DNA of 64,000 nt from Promethearchaeota archaeon (GCA_019058445.1 JAHPZA010000010.1:160001-224000); one strand, 5' to 3'; positions 28,703 to 40,126 are shown, numbered from the stretch's first letter. Numbers and translations: made by a program. The notes: generated by a model not told the origin, from the letters alone.

Positions 28703-28730
28703 AAAAAATTCCCTCAAAAAATTAGATTTC

Positions 28731-30881
28731 TTATCCCGAAGCTAACTTTCGCAAACTAAAAAATGTACCAAAAAATAAGAAGAGAATAATAAAGGTGATT
28801 AAGTATTGCTTCTTTTTCTTCATGATCTCCTTAAAATAAGTATTCTGAATAATGATTAAATTAAATACAATTAAAAAAGGTAAAAATCTGGAGTTTAATA
28901 GATAAAATGCAGTAAAAACCTCTCCAGCTAGAAATATAGCGACCATAATAGACGCAGTAGCTAATATTGATAAAATGTAATAATTTTGTTTTAAGTTATC
29001 TTTTTCATAAAAACAAATGCCATAAAAAAATAAAAATAAATTAAATATAATGATAGAATAATTTAATATTAATTCGATTATTACTAGTAAAAGTTCTTTT
29101 TCAAGTAGAAATTGGAAAATGAATTGATTAATAAAGAGAATTATAAAAAAAAATATCGGGATTATTGTATACCTAAGATACTTATTATTGTATAAGTATT
29201 GTATTATATTATGTATTTTTTTCAAAAAAGAAAAGAAAAATCTAAAAAAATAATTTAAGAGATTATAAAATTTAAGTATAAGTAAATAACAACCTATAAT
29301 ATAAAAGATTACTAAAAGCGTTATAATCATTATTATTATTAAACTAAAAGAGAAACCTCCTTTTAATAATGGCAGATCTATAATCACAATAAATAAGTAA
29401 CTCTCAAATAAAGAGGAAAGAAAGGGAATTACCTTAAATAAATAATAAGAGATATGAGCAAAAAATTCTTGAATAATGTACCATAAAATTGTTAACATAT
29501 ATAATAAAATTCCATTTGCTAATAAATTATATTTTAGTTTTTTACTTGAAAACCAATATATATTGTTTTGTTTTAATTTTCTTACGCCAAAAAAAAGAAA
29601 ATAAAAATTATAAATTACCACTAAAATAATAAAATAAATAGGTTCTTCAAAGTGTGATAAACAAAGAAAAAAGAAAAGTAAAAATATCATTCCACCCCCT
29701 ACAATTTTAAGTTTAAATTTCTTAATTAAATTAAAATCATAAAACTCAGAAATTAAAACGAAGAAAATAAACATAGTCAATGGTTTTCCTGTAGCATAAC
29801 GGGCAGATTTAGCAAATTGGGAAATAAAAAGCACAATAATAGTTAGGAATATTAAATTTTTATTTTGTTCAGCATTTTCCTTTAAATTTTTTTCGAATAT
29901 TGAATAAATAAAAAATGGTAATGACAGATAAACTATTGGAAAAATATACCACATAACAAAATAGAGATTCATTTTCGTAGATTCCATAAGAATTATTATA
30001 GTAAAAATTCCTGTAGTATATCTATATGGATAAATTATATTAGGATCATATGCGGTTAAAAAAAAGTTATAATCTGAATTAGCATTAATTCCCCTCTTCT
30101 TATACCCATGTAAAGCAATGGAATTTAAATAAGCATCCCAAGATAAATTGTTTTTAACTTGAAGATGAGGTAGAATCCATAAAACATAAATGAATAAAAA
30201 AATAGAGATTAAAATTAAATACTTGTTTTTGGAAAAAAAAATAAGTGAAGTCAAGGAAGATATTGAAATTACTAAAAAAATATAAAATTGGATAGGTATT
30301 CTTCTGAAAAAAGTGAAGTTATCCTGGTAATCGCGATAATTTTGAGAATAATCATTATTTGGTAAATAACTATAAAAAGCTGATAAACACATAAAAAATA
30401 ATGATACTAAAAAAATTGATAAAATAAATAAAATCTTTAAATTTATTTTTTCTCTTATTATGTTAAATTTAAATCTTATCTCGTAAGAAGAATCTTTTCT
30501 CTTTTCAATATTATATTCAGAAAAAAATATTAAGGATAAAATAAAAATTAAATTCAGAATCTGAATTGATGATATTAAATAAATACCTTCGAACTTAAAA
30601 CCAGTATTGCCGCCCGAAAAATAATTGTAAAGAAGAAGATAACTAAAAAACATAAAAATATTTATAATTGCTAGACTAAGAACTGTCGAATAGCCTATTT
30701 TTTCAATTTTACTTGATTTAGGTCTAATTATTGCTATAAAATTATAGCCTGGTAAAAATAGGGTACATAGAATTCCTAAAATAAGGATTATTGGTTGTAA
30801 AAGGATTGAAAATAAGATAAGATACCAATAAATAAATACTATGAGAATCTCAATATATAAAAACCTTCTATAAAAATTCAT
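28731..30881 (-). CDS. Polytopic membrane protein, putative GT-C glycosyltransferase/polymerase
   Basis: Many TM segments, LFLPGY motif, acidic loop SWDAY; located within the glycan cluster. Confidence 0.5.
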   Translation of the reverse strand: MNFYRRFLYIEILIVFIYWYLILFSILLQPIILILGILCTLFLPGYNFIAIIRPKSSKIEKIGYSTVLSLAIINIFMFFSYLLLYNYFSGGNTGFKFEGIYLISSIQILNLIFILSLIFFSEYNIEKRKDSSYEIRFKFNIIREKINLKILFILSIFLVSLFFMCLSAFYSYLPNNDYSQNYRDYQDNFTFFRRIPIQFYIFLVISISSLTSLIFFSKNKYLILISIFLFIYVLWILPHLQVKNNLSWDAYLNSIALHGYKKRGINANSDYNFFLTAYDPNIIYPYRYTTGIFTIIILMESTKMNLYFVMWYIFPIVYLSLPFFIYSIFEKNLKENAEQNKNLIFLTIIVLFISQFAKSARYATGKPLTMFIFFVLISEFYDFNLIKKFKLKIVGGGMIFLLFFFLCLSHFEEPIYFIILVVIYNFYFLFFGVRKLKQNNIYWFSSKKLKYNLLANGILLYMLTILWYIIQEFFAHISYYLFKVIPFLSSLFESYLFIVIIDLPLLKGGFSFSLIIIMIITLLVIFYIIGCYLLILKFYNLLNYFFRFFFSFLKKIHNIIQYLYNNKYLRYTIIPIFFFIILFINQFIFQFLLEKELLLVIIELILNYSIIIFNLFLFFYGICFYEKDNLKQNYYILSILATASIMVAIFLAGEVFTAFYLLNSRFLPFLIVFNLIIIQNTYFKEIMKKKKQYLITFIILFLFFGTFFSLRKLASG

Positions 30882-30986
30882 TTATTTGAATATTCTCATT
30901 TTATAGCTTTAAAATATTAAATGTTACTTAGTTTTTATATTATGGATATTAACTTAGATAGTGTTAATTTAATTAATCTAATGATT

Positions 30987-31682
30987 TTAATTGGATTTTT
31001 TTTGGGCAACAATTACACAACATTTACCAAAAATATGAAATCTCTTTCTTAATAAAACAGAATTTATAAAAGGAAATTCTACAGCCTCTACTTGGAGTAT
31101 TCTTAAACCAGTATCTCTAATCATTTTCATCCATCCAAAGGATGAATGTGAAAATATATGATAAGGAGATTTACCAATACGTATTTTAAACTTTTCAAAT
31201 AGTCCCGGACCGCTAAAAATTAATATACCATTATTTTTTAAAAGATGATTTATTGAATTCAATACTTTGCAAGCATTCTTTTCTGAAAGATGTTCAAGCA
31301 CATCTAAAGCAGTAATATAGTTAAATTTCATATTATTAAATAACTTGTCAATCTCAAGTATATCTCCCCTTATTATTTTGAAATTTTCCTTTTGAAATTT
31401 TTTTATACACATGTTTATTGATTCTTTATCTAAATCTATTCCATAAATCTCTTCAAATTTATTTTTTACTAATTCTATTAACGCACCAGTTCCCATTCCC
31501 AAATCTAAGAGATTTTTAGATTTCTTGATATAAGTATTGACAATCCTTATTTTTTTATACATTAATTTATTTTTTTTTTTGTAATTCTTATCTAATTGTT
31601 TAAGATTTAATTTTTTAAATGTCATCATCAACAATTTTTTTTTCTTTTTTTTTATATTCAAAAAAAAACTAAAAACATTCAA
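30987..31682 (-). CDS. Class I SAM-dependent methyltransferase
   Basis: Motifs LLDLGMGTG, GIDLD, DVLEHL and LKNNGILI. The true start is probably the ATG-ATG near 31628. Confidence 0.88.
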   Translation of the reverse strand: MNVFSFFLNIKKKKKKLLMMTFKKLNLKQLDKNYKKKNKLMYKKIRIVNTYIKKSKNLLDLGMGTGALIELVKNKFEEIYGIDLDKESINMCIKKFQKENFKIIRGDILEIDKLFNNMKFNYITALDVLEHLSEKNACKVLNSINHLLKNNGILIFSGPGLFEKFKIRIGKSPYHIFSHSSFGWMKMIRDTGLRILQVEAVEFPFINSVLLRKRFHIFGKCCVIVAQKKSN

Positions 31683-32937
31683 TTTGTTTTAACAGCAATT
31701 TAAGTTTCTCAATATCAACTAGAATATTATTTCCTATACTGTAATCTTCCCTATTTTTTGAAAGCGGTCTTCCTTCACCAAGAAGATAATAATAATCTAA
31801 GTTTATTTGATTACTTAAAGCAAAATAACAAGTATTTATATATCTGGGAAAAAAAATTTCGATTACTCGCGTTTTTGGTTTACAAAATACAAGATTAACC
31901 AATCCAGCTCCATGGGGGGCAATAATAATTTTGGCGGATTGAAAAATTTCTACTTGTTTTATAAATTCAATATCCTCAAGAAAGACTTTCTTAAATCCAT
32001 ATCTTGATAAAAAGTTAAAAACCCTTTCTTCATTTATAATTTTTCTTTTAGTTGCTTTATTTCTAGAAATATAAATTCTTTCAAATGACTTGTCATAATT
32101 TTTAATTTCTGGTAAGAATTTTTTACGTAAAAATTCACATGCCCAATCAGGCATATTGCCAGAAACATTATTAATCCATGATGGAACAATCAAAATTGAT
32201 GCTTCAAGATATAAGTTATCATCACTTGGAATAATTTTTTCTTTATCAATACCTAATATTTTTAGTGTTTGATCCTGATATAATTTGTTGGAATAATTGA
32301 TGATGTATTTATCAATCTTTAAATCTATATAATCTATTAGATATAATCTTGGTAATACATCAAAAAACCAATGAAAAAATGTATCACCTCTGTCGGTTGC
32401 TAAAACTCCTACAACATTTTTTGTTTTAATTAATTTTGGAAGTTTGAATCTCCTGAAAATACGATTTTCAATTATTCTTGATCCTAATTGCTTAGAGACA
32501 TCCGATAATAATTTTCCATCAGGAGTTATAATTATAGCATTTTTTCCCCACACCCTTCCATTAGGCATAGAAAAAACATATGTTGCGCTTAATTTTGTTT
32601 GAAGTTCATCACGAAATTTCCAGTGAATTTTCTTTTCTAAGCATTTTGGTTCTTTCCTTTCAATGATTTTAGAAGGAAAAATATCTATTAATTCTAAATT
32701 GTAATTTTCCTTATTTATCTCAATCCATTTCTTAGAATGATAAATGTCAATCGGGAACGGTAATATTATTTTTAAAAAGGGAAATAAGGAATAAATTAAT
32801 TTTCTAATGAAAAAAGCAAGTCTAGTTACAAATTTGACAAAATTAATATAAAATTTTACTAAAGGATTAAAAATTGGTTTCTCGAGCATAATATTTTCCA
32901 TTAACTGCATAAGTCTCATGATCCGTCCCATTCTCAT
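31669..32937 (-). CDS. Glycosyltransferase family 61 (DUF563)
   Basis: Motifs FFHWFFDVLPRL, RIYISR, RKIINE, IIAPHGAGLVN and VIEIF. Confidence 0.88.
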   Translation of the reverse strand: MRMGRIMRLMQLMENIMLEKPIFNPLVKFYINFVKFVTRLAFFIRKLIYSLFPFLKIILPFPIDIYHSKKWIEINKENYNLELIDIFPSKIIERKEPKCLEKKIHWKFRDELQTKLSATYVFSMPNGRVWGKNAIIITPDGKLLSDVSKQLGSRIIENRIFRRFKLPKLIKTKNVVGVLATDRGDTFFHWFFDVLPRLYLIDYIDLKIDKYIINYSNKLYQDQTLKILGIDKEKIIPSDDNLYLEASILIVPSWINNVSGNMPDWACEFLRKKFLPEIKNYDKSFERIYISRNKATKRKIINEERVFNFLSRYGFKKVFLEDIEFIKQVEIFQSAKIIIAPHGAGLVNLVFCKPKTRVIEIFFPRYINTCYFALSNQINLDYYYLLGEGRPLSKNREDYSIGNNILVDIEKLKLLLKQIECF

Positions 32938-33077
32938 TTAAATTTCTGTTTCTGTTATACTTAATCCTATATAATCATATAATAAAACAATTCTAAATCA
33001 TATGGATTTGCCAAATTAATAAATATTTTTTGCATTTTTGTTATTTCATTTTATAATATATTAGTCTTATTTAAGTA

Positions 33078-34169
33078 TCAGTAATTAATATTCTCAAAGA
33101 CTCTTAGACTTTCTTCAATAACTTGATCCATATTATAATATTTATATTGGGCTAAACGACCAACAATAATAAGATTCTTAATCTTATCTGCTTCCTTTTT
33201 ATACATTTCAAATAGTCTATAATTTATATTTCGTGGTATGGGATAGAAAGGTTTTCCATTAGTGCATGGAAATTCTTTTACAATAGTTGTTTTAGAGTTT
33301 TTTTGACCAGTTGCATGCTTTATTTCAATAATTCTTGTAAATTCATAGTTATTTGGATAGTTAATTTGAACCCAATCCTGGTAATATTCTTTATCATAAT
33401 TTTCATGTTTAAATCTTAGAGATCTATATGGTAGCTTACCATATTTATAATTAAAGAATTCATCAATACGTCCCGTATAAATTAAATATTTATATTTGAT
33501 TTTATTTTTTATTTTCCAATAATTAGTATTTAATTTTATTTTGATATTCGAATTATTTAATAAATTTTGGAATAATTCATGATATCCATTAAGTGGCATA
33601 GCTTGTATTTTATCTGTAAAATATCGATCATCATTATTAATTCTAATAGGAATTCTTCCACAAACAGAAGGATCTAATTGTTTTGGATTTAATCCCCATT
33701 GTTTTATAGTATAATTTTTAAAAAATTTTTTATAAATTTCCCAACCAACTTTTGAAATTACCTCTTCTTCTGAATTTTGAGGATTTTCAATGTCAATCCT
33801 CTTTTTCTTCAAAAATTCTTTAGCTTGCTTTTCAGTTTTTAAATTAATTTTAAAAAATTTATTTAGTGTTTCCCTATTTATTGGAATTGGATATAATTCA
33901 CCATTCACATAAGTTCTTATTTTATATTCATATGGCCTCCATTTCGTAAATTTTGATAAGTAATTATATACTTTCTTTGAATTTGTTCTGAAATAATGAG
34001 GGCCATATTTATGTACTAAAATGCCTATATCATTATAATAGTCATAACAATTACCACCTAAATGATTCCTTTTATCTATTATTAAGACCTTTTTATCTAA
34101 CTGAGAACTAATGCGTTCTGCTAAAACTGATCCTGCGAAACCTGCACCAACAATTAAAAAATCATACAA
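33078..34169 (-). CDS. glf: UDP-galactopyranose mutase
   Basis: Motifs IVGAGFAG, HLGGNCYD, HKYGPH, YTIKQWG, LPYRSL, PFYPIP and GRLAQYKYYNMDQ. Confidence 0.96.
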   Translation of the reverse strand: MYDFLIVGAGFAGSVLAERISSQLDKKVLIIDKRNHLGGNCYDYYNDIGILVHKYGPHYFRTNSKKVYNYLSKFTKWRPYEYKIRTYVNGELYPIPINRETLNKFFKINLKTEKQAKEFLKKKRIDIENPQNSEEEVISKVGWEIYKKFFKNYTIKQWGLNPKQLDPSVCGRIPIRINNDDRYFTDKIQAMPLNGYHELFQNLLNNSNIKIKLNTNYWKIKNKIKYKYLIYTGRIDEFFNYKYGKLPYRSLRFKHENYDKEYYQDWVQINYPNNYEFTRIIEIKHATGQKNSKTTIVKEFPCTNGKPFYPIPRNINYRLFEMYKKEADKIKNLIIVGRLAQYKYYNMDQVIEESLRVFENINY

Positions 34170-34170
34170 A

Positions 34171-35103
34171 TTACAAAAATTCTCTCTTTACAATTTCAAT
34201 TAAATCATTAGAATTATCAACATGAAATATTTTAGAACCTGATAATTTATGATACCAATTATAGGAATTGTATTTTAATTCAGCTCCTCTCATAGCTAAG
34301 ATTATATTTTTTCCGCCAAAATAACTAGTGAAAACGCAATTACCTCCTTGAACAGAAATAAATCTGTTACAATTTGCATAAATCATCATCTGAATTTGAT
34401 TATAGGATAAATCTTTATTATTTTTATTTAAATTTTGCATTGTAATAACATATGGAAATTGTTCTTTTAATATTGCAAAATCCTGAAAATTATGATCTCT
34501 TTGTTGATCTTCTGCTATATCTATTGAAGTTGGTCTATTATATATAATTTGATATTTTTTCTGAAGAATTTTAAATAATTCTTTTAAAATTTCAAGTGAA
34601 ATATAATTTACAGGTGGACCACTCCATTCAACAGTATATTTATTACCTATAACACAAATAGGATTATCCCATACAAAACGATTATTTTTATATATTTTTT
34701 TATATGGTGGAGGTTCCCACATTTTTTTATTAATTTTTTTTTTATGTATATGTCCAATTGGAAAACTTTTAACGTTTAAACATAATCTTTTTTTATCAAG
34801 TTCTGAATGATTTTTAGAGAAATAATATAAACATTTTGTATCTTTAACACCTCTAGTAAAAATTAATTTATTTCTTTTAAATAACCAATAAGCATATGGA
34901 ATAACTGCTATAAGTTCATATCCAAACTCTCCATAAAATTGTACATTTCTTCTTTTAAATATCTTCCAATAACTAAATATTAATGGTTTTATTATTATTC
35001 TAGGTAAATTTCTCCATAAAAATAAGATCTTCCATAAAAAAGTCCCAGGATTATTTTTATTAAAAATTAGTGTTTGTATCCTTTCAATTTTCCCTAATAT
35101 CAT
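34171..35103 (-). CDS. Hypothetical protein, possible divergent GT-B (GT9-like) glycosyltransferase
   Basis: GEFGYEL N-terminal motif; C-terminal IYANCNRFISVQGGNCVFTSYFG resembles the GT9 'A.LFIG.DSG..HLA.A.G' pattern; ends 1 nt before glf. Confidence 0.45.
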   Translation of the reverse strand: MILGKIERIQTLIFNKNNPGTFLWKILFLWRNLPRIIIKPLIFSYWKIFKRRNVQFYGEFGYELIAVIPYAYWLFKRNKLIFTRGVKDTKCLYYFSKNHSELDKKRLCLNVKSFPIGHIHKKKINKKMWEPPPYKKIYKNNRFVWDNPICVIGNKYTVEWSGPPVNYISLEILKELFKILQKKYQIIYNRPTSIDIAEDQQRDHNFQDFAILKEQFPYVITMQNLNKNNKDLSYNQIQMMIYANCNRFISVQGGNCVFTSYFGGKNIILAMRGAELKYNSYNWYHKLSGSKIFHVDNSNDLIEIVKREFL

Positions 35104-35543
35104 TTTAATTATATAATTTTTGTTTCTAAAAGAGTTTTAATTTAGATTAATTAAAGTTTAAATTGTTTTTAAACTATTGTACATGAATTTTTTACACTAT
35201 CCAATTGAGCTATTTTAATAGAGAATTCTCCAAATTCAGGTTCTAAAAATTTCTCTTAACTTAAACGTAAAAAATAAAGGATATCTTGCATTATATAATT
35301 AATATGTTATTGATTTAATTTTAAATTAAGCAGGCTAATAACTTTCAAACAGATAATATTTACTTATTAACTGTCTAAAAGAACGAAGCATTTCATTTCA
35401 GATCAATATGATTTGATATTACCTTTTTTTCTTCATTTTTTTGACTATTAAATTAATAGAAATAAAATAGGATTTGTTTTTTTCAGTAACGAAATACTCA
35501 AGAAATGCATACTTTAAATATTTTTATCAAAAAAAGGGAAATT

Positions 35544-37037
35544 TTAACTTATTTCTTCTTGAATTGTCCTATTTCTAAATAATTGAACTAAACTGATAAT
35601 TTCTTGCCATTTTAATTCCTGAAGTAAAAATAGTATAAGAGTAAAAAGCCCTAGACTAAATACTGATAAAACAAGAAAAAGAATTATTTGATTATCAAAT
35701 AGAAGAATAAAAATTTGATTTTTTATAAGGATAGTTAAAAGAATTATAAATAATGCTAAAGGTAAATGTAAAAAATTTCGCATACGCGGTTTTATTTTGA
35801 AAATTCTATATGAAAAATAATAACATAATAAGCACCATAAAATCCATGGAATAGTATTAGCAATAGCAAATCCAATACCACCCAAACCCAATGTTTTTAC
35901 ATGCCAAATAGATTTAGGAATTAGTATTATCATTAATGTTATTATTAAAATTTTTATTAATGAATTTATAATAGCATAAAGCTTTTGTCTTTTCCCTGAA
36001 AGAAATAGATATACTGTAGGGCGTGATAATCCAATAAAATAGGGAACAAAAATCATGATATTTAATATAGGGATAGAATTAGAATAATTTGGTAAAAAGA
36101 TGGAAAAGATGAATTCAGCATTTATTATTACTATTATTATAATCAATAAATAGAAAATTGAAAAATATTTTTCAATTTTATTTTTTAGAATGGTAATTGA
36201 ATTATAATCATTTTTTTCAAAATATTGAGAAGATAATACTAAATATAAAGGGACTACACTTGCCGATATTGATAGTAGTATCATTATTATATAACTGTCA
36301 ACTAGACTGACGTAGCCAAGAGTTTCATAACCAAACGAATAAGCAATAATAAAATTTCCGATATTGGCACATATGATAGTTATTATACAATATATAATCA
36401 ATGGATTTGTATCTTTTAAGAAAGTTATAATTGTTTTTTTTTCAGGTTTAGTAATCTTTATCTCATCCTTAGACAATATGATTAAACAGAGAAAAATTGT
36501 GAGATTAAGTATGAAATAAGAGAGAGAAAGAAAAAATAGCATAAAAAATGAATTTATATTGAGATTTACTAAAAAAATAATAAGTATGCTATGAATTGTA
36601 TTAGTAATTAGATATGGAAGTTCGGCTTTATAAACTTTAAAGCAAGTTTTTAAATGAGTAATAAATATGATATTAATAGCTACGAAAATCTTCGATAGTA
36701 GGATAAAAATACAAAACAGAAAGAATTCTGTTTTATAAATACTAAATATGAATAATAAGGAAATAGAGATGCTTATATTTAATAACAAAAAGAAAATTTT
36801 TAGTGTAAGATAAGAGCTAAAGGTTTCAGAATAATTTTTTTTTCCAGAATATTGATAATATATATTATCTAAGCCAACATCTATAAATAGAAAACCTATA
36901 TTAATAATACTATTTAAAAAAATCCAGAGTCCCAAAAAAGCAGGTGAAAAATTTAAAATAAGCAAATAAAAAGATATTATAGTTAAAATTCTAACTATTA
37001 GATTTGTAAAAATGGAAAAAATAAATTTATCTAACAT
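35544..37037 (-). CDS. Wzx/RfbX-type oligosaccharide flippase (MOP superfamily)
   Basis: About 12-14 TM segments, FIDVGL near TM2, LIPK...LGGIGFAIA motif. Confidence 0.8.
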   Translation of the reverse strand: MLDKFIFSIFTNLIVRILTIISFYLLILNFSPAFLGLWIFLNSIINIGFLFIDVGLDNIYYQYSGKKNYSETFSSYLTLKIFFLLLNISISISLLFIFSIYKTEFFLFCIFILLSKIFVAINIIFITHLKTCFKVYKAELPYLITNTIHSILIIFLVNLNINSFFMLFFLSLSYFILNLTIFLCLIILSKDEIKITKPEKKTIITFLKDTNPLIIYCIITIICANIGNFIIAYSFGYETLGYVSLVDSYIIMILLSISASVVPLYLVLSSQYFEKNDYNSITILKNKIEKYFSIFYLLIIIIVIINAEFIFSIFLPNYSNSIPILNIMIFVPYFIGLSRPTVYLFLSGKRQKLYAIINSLIKILIITLMIILIPKSIWHVKTLGLGGIGFAIANTIPWILWCLLCYYFSYRIFKIKPRMRNFLHLPLALFIILLTILIKNQIFILLFDNQIILFLVLSVFSLGLFTLILFLLQELKWQEIISLVQLFRNRTIQEEIS

Positions 37038-37170
37038 ATTTTTAGTTTAACCAAGCATTTATTATATTATTATATTCATAAATATACTTTGGAGCATTTT
37101 TATTATTAGCAGCTTTCTATAGCCTAAGAAAACTGAGCTATAGTTAAAGAATTGATGCCATTTTTTTTAA

Positions 37171-38346
37171 TTATTTTTCTAAAATTTTTTTATATAATTC
37201 ATAATGTTTCTTAGCATTAATTTCCCACGAGAAGTTACTTTTGACATATTCTCTAGCATAATCACCCATTTTTTTTTTGAGTTCCTCATTACTTAAGATA
37301 AGAATTAATTTCTCTTTCATTTCTATAATATCACCAAATTCAATTAAAAATCCGTTTTTCCCATTATTGATTATTTCTCTTGGACCCCAATGGTTTGATG
37401 CGATAACTGGGGTTTTACAAGCATTAGCTTCTAAAGCAACAAGTCCAAAAGTTTCAGATTTAGCTGGCATAACAACTACATCTGCCATAGAATAAATTTC
37501 AGGGAGATATCTCTTAGGTAAATGTCCTAATATTATAACGTCATGTTTTAAATTCATTTTTTGTATTAGATTCTCTAAGGTTGATTTATAACCAAAATCT
37601 CCGCCAGCTAATAATAATACCGTATCTGAGATTTCTTTTTTTAATAAAGAAAATGCATTAATCAAAATATCTATTCTCTTGTCCTTGAAAAGACGTCCAA
37701 CATATAAAACAATCTTTTTTTTTTCTAAATTGTATAATTTAATGAAATTAGAAGAATTTGAATGTTTAAAATGATTAATATCTATTCCATGTGGAATTAA
37801 ATAAATATTTTCTTTAGCAATTCCAAATCTTATTAAATATTCTGCTTCAAATTTAGTTACTACAATATAATTTATATCTAAAAAGGTATTTTTTATATTA
37901 CCTAAAGAAAGATCAATAATTCTTTGGTATAAATGCTGAAAATAATTTAAACTAAGAGTTATTCCTCCATGAGATGTAATAACTAACTTTTTTTTGTTTT
38001 TAATTAAAGCGACTAAACTTCCCATATCTTCTTGATAAGATCTTGGTGCATGAGAGTGAAAAATATCTATATTTTTACTATCTTTTAATAACTCTTTAAA
38101 TAATCCAAATGAAACTCTGTATTCCCTAAATCTCAAATATGAATTAAATCTTTTTATTATTAATTTTGGAGATACTTCATGAATTTTAGGAGCTTTTTTC
38201 GTTTCCTTAAAATCTAAAGCATTTGTTGTATAAATAATATTTCTAATAGGAAATGGTTTAAGAAATTTAGTCAACTCATTAATATGGACTGCTGGACCTC
38301 CATATTGACGAGAATAAATAGGAATTAATCTAGCTATATTTATCAT
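37171..38346 (-). CDS. Glycosyltransferase family 4
   Basis: Motifs YGGP, IPHGID, VGRL..DK and ETFGLVALEANAC. Confidence 0.93.
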   Translation of the reverse strand: MINIARLIPIYSRQYGGPAVHINELTKFLKPFPIRNIIYTTNALDFKETKKAPKIHEVSPKLIIKRFNSYLRFREYRVSFGLFKELLKDSKNIDIFHSHAPRSYQEDMGSLVALIKNKKKLVITSHGGITLSLNYFQHLYQRIIDLSLGNIKNTFLDINYIVVTKFEAEYLIRFGIAKENIYLIPHGIDINHFKHSNSSNFIKLYNLEKKKIVLYVGRLFKDKRIDILINAFSLLKKEISDTVLLLAGGDFGYKSTLENLIQKMNLKHDVIILGHLPKRYLPEIYSMADVVVMPAKSETFGLVALEANACKTPVIASNHWGPREIINNGKNGFLIEFGDIIEMKEKLILILSNEELKKKMGDYAREYVKSNFSWEINAKKHYELYKKILEK

Positions 38347-38416
38347 TATAGGTTATTAAATTAAAATTAATATATTCTTTAATATTAGCAATTTTATAAT
38401 TAATATAAAATGTTTA

Positions 38417-40126
38417 TTATACCTTAGTAATTAAATAATTTCCTAACGCAATTCCATCCAATTTAGAATTATTAAACACCCATAATGCATTTTCTGGGGA
38501 ACATACTATAGGAAAACCATGCAAATTAAAACTTGTATTTAATACTGCTCCAATTCCAGTAATCTTTTGAAATTCCGAAATTAATTTATAATATGAGGGA
38601 TTCCAACTTTCCTTTAATACTTGAGGTCGACAAGTTTCATCATATGGATGAATTGCTGCAACTATTTCATCTCTTTTAGGTGTAGTATCAAATGCATCAA
38701 TCATATAAGGCGCGAATACTGGATCATTAAGATAATCATTTACCCTTTCAAATAAAATTGATGGAGCAAAGGGCATCCACCATGTTCGGTGTTTGATCAT
38801 CTCATTAATTTTTTTTATTTGTTTAATGTTACTAGGATCTGCAATGATGGACCGATTTCCCAATGCTCGTGGACCCCATTCCATTCTTCCAGAAAATCTG
38901 GCATATATTTTACCTTTTGCAATAGATTCTGCTAAAAATTCCCCAATATTTTGCATTTTTTCATAGTGATATTTATTCTTATATGTCTCTAGGTACTTTT
39001 CTATAAAATTATTATCATACTCAGGGCCAAAATAAAGATCTCTTAATTTTTTTTTTTCATACTTTATTTTCTTAAATCTACAATATTGATAATAAGCTTC
39101 TAAAGCCGCTCCTAAAGAAGTACCTCCATCTCCCGCAGCAGGATATACGAAAATATCTTCAACTTCTTTTAATTCACGTAATTTTTTATTTGCTTTAACA
39201 TTTAAAAATACACCCCCACTAGCAGCAATTTTATGAATATCTGTCTTTTTTATCGCATTTTTAACCCATCTTGTTAATAAATCTTCGAAATGTTTTTGTG
39301 TTGCAGCTGCTAAATTATCGAACCTTTGTTCTTTTAATTTTTTCTGAAGATATCTTGACATTGCGTACATCCAATGTAACGTATTATTCTTAAATTCTAA
39401 TGGATTTCTTTTATCAATTTGAATGATTTTATTAATAAGATGAATTGAATATTTATAGTTGCCATAAGGAGCAAGCCCCATTAATTTATATTCATCATTA
39501 TCCCTCTTCATTCCTAAGTACCCCGTCATTTCAGTATAGAATCTACCTAAACTGTTAAAGAAGTTAGATTCAGCAATAGTTTTTATCTTATTATTATAAC
39601 CAATCGAAACTGTTGCGCTCTTTCCATCTCCCGCAGCATCTGCTGTGAAAATTAAAACTTTTTCATCCTCATCCCATGGGCAGTTTCTATAAGCACTGCT
39701 TGCATGAGCTAGATGATGATCAATGAAAACGATTTTATTATTTGAAAGTCCAAAATTATTTAAAATTTTTAATAAATCTTTTTGTTTTCTCATACGTCTT
39801 AAGATTATATTAAAAGCTTTGTTTACTGGTTTTAATTGAATTATTTTAGCAGATCTTGAATAAGCTTTAATATAAAATGGGACTGGAATTTCACTAGGAT
39901 TATATGTTCTTACTAAACTTACAATTCCAATTAAATTTATATCTTCAGGTTTAATAGAAAAATTCTTGAAAAGGTAATTAAGCGAAATAGAAGGGACTCC
40001 TGAATAATGTTTGATATTTCTCAATCGCTCTTCCTCAACTGAAAAAATAACATTACCATTTTCCAATAAAGTAATAGAAGAATCATGTCCATCATTAATA
40101 GCAAGGATATAATTTTTAGATTTCAT
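38417..40126 (-). CDS. O-carbamoyltransferase (NodU/CmcH/TobZ family)
   Basis: Motifs GHDSS, EEERL, HHLAHA, EYKLMGLAPYG, GGVFLNV, MEWGPRALGNRS, PFAPS and LNTSFN. Confidence 0.95.
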   Translation of the reverse strand: MKSKNYILAINDGHDSSITLLENGNVIFSVEEERLRNIKHYSGVPSISLNYLFKNFSIKPEDINLIGIVSLVRTYNPSEIPVPFYIKAYSRSAKIIQLKPVNKAFNIILRRMRKQKDLLKILNNFGLSNNKIVFIDHHLAHASSAYRNCPWDEDEKVLIFTADAAGDGKSATVSIGYNNKIKTIAESNFFNSLGRFYTEMTGYLGMKRDNDEYKLMGLAPYGNYKYSIHLINKIIQIDKRNPLEFKNNTLHWMYAMSRYLQKKLKEQRFDNLAAATQKHFEDLLTRWVKNAIKKTDIHKIAASGGVFLNVKANKKLRELKEVEDIFVYPAAGDGGTSLGAALEAYYQYCRFKKIKYEKKKLRDLYFGPEYDNNFIEKYLETYKNKYHYEKMQNIGEFLAESIAKGKIYARFSGRMEWGPRALGNRSIIADPSNIKQIKKINEMIKHRTWWMPFAPSILFERVNDYLNDPVFAPYMIDAFDTTPKRDEIVAAIHPYDETCRPQVLKESWNPSYYKLISEFQKITGIGAVLNTSFNLHGFPIVCSPENALWVFNNSKLDGIALGNYLITKV

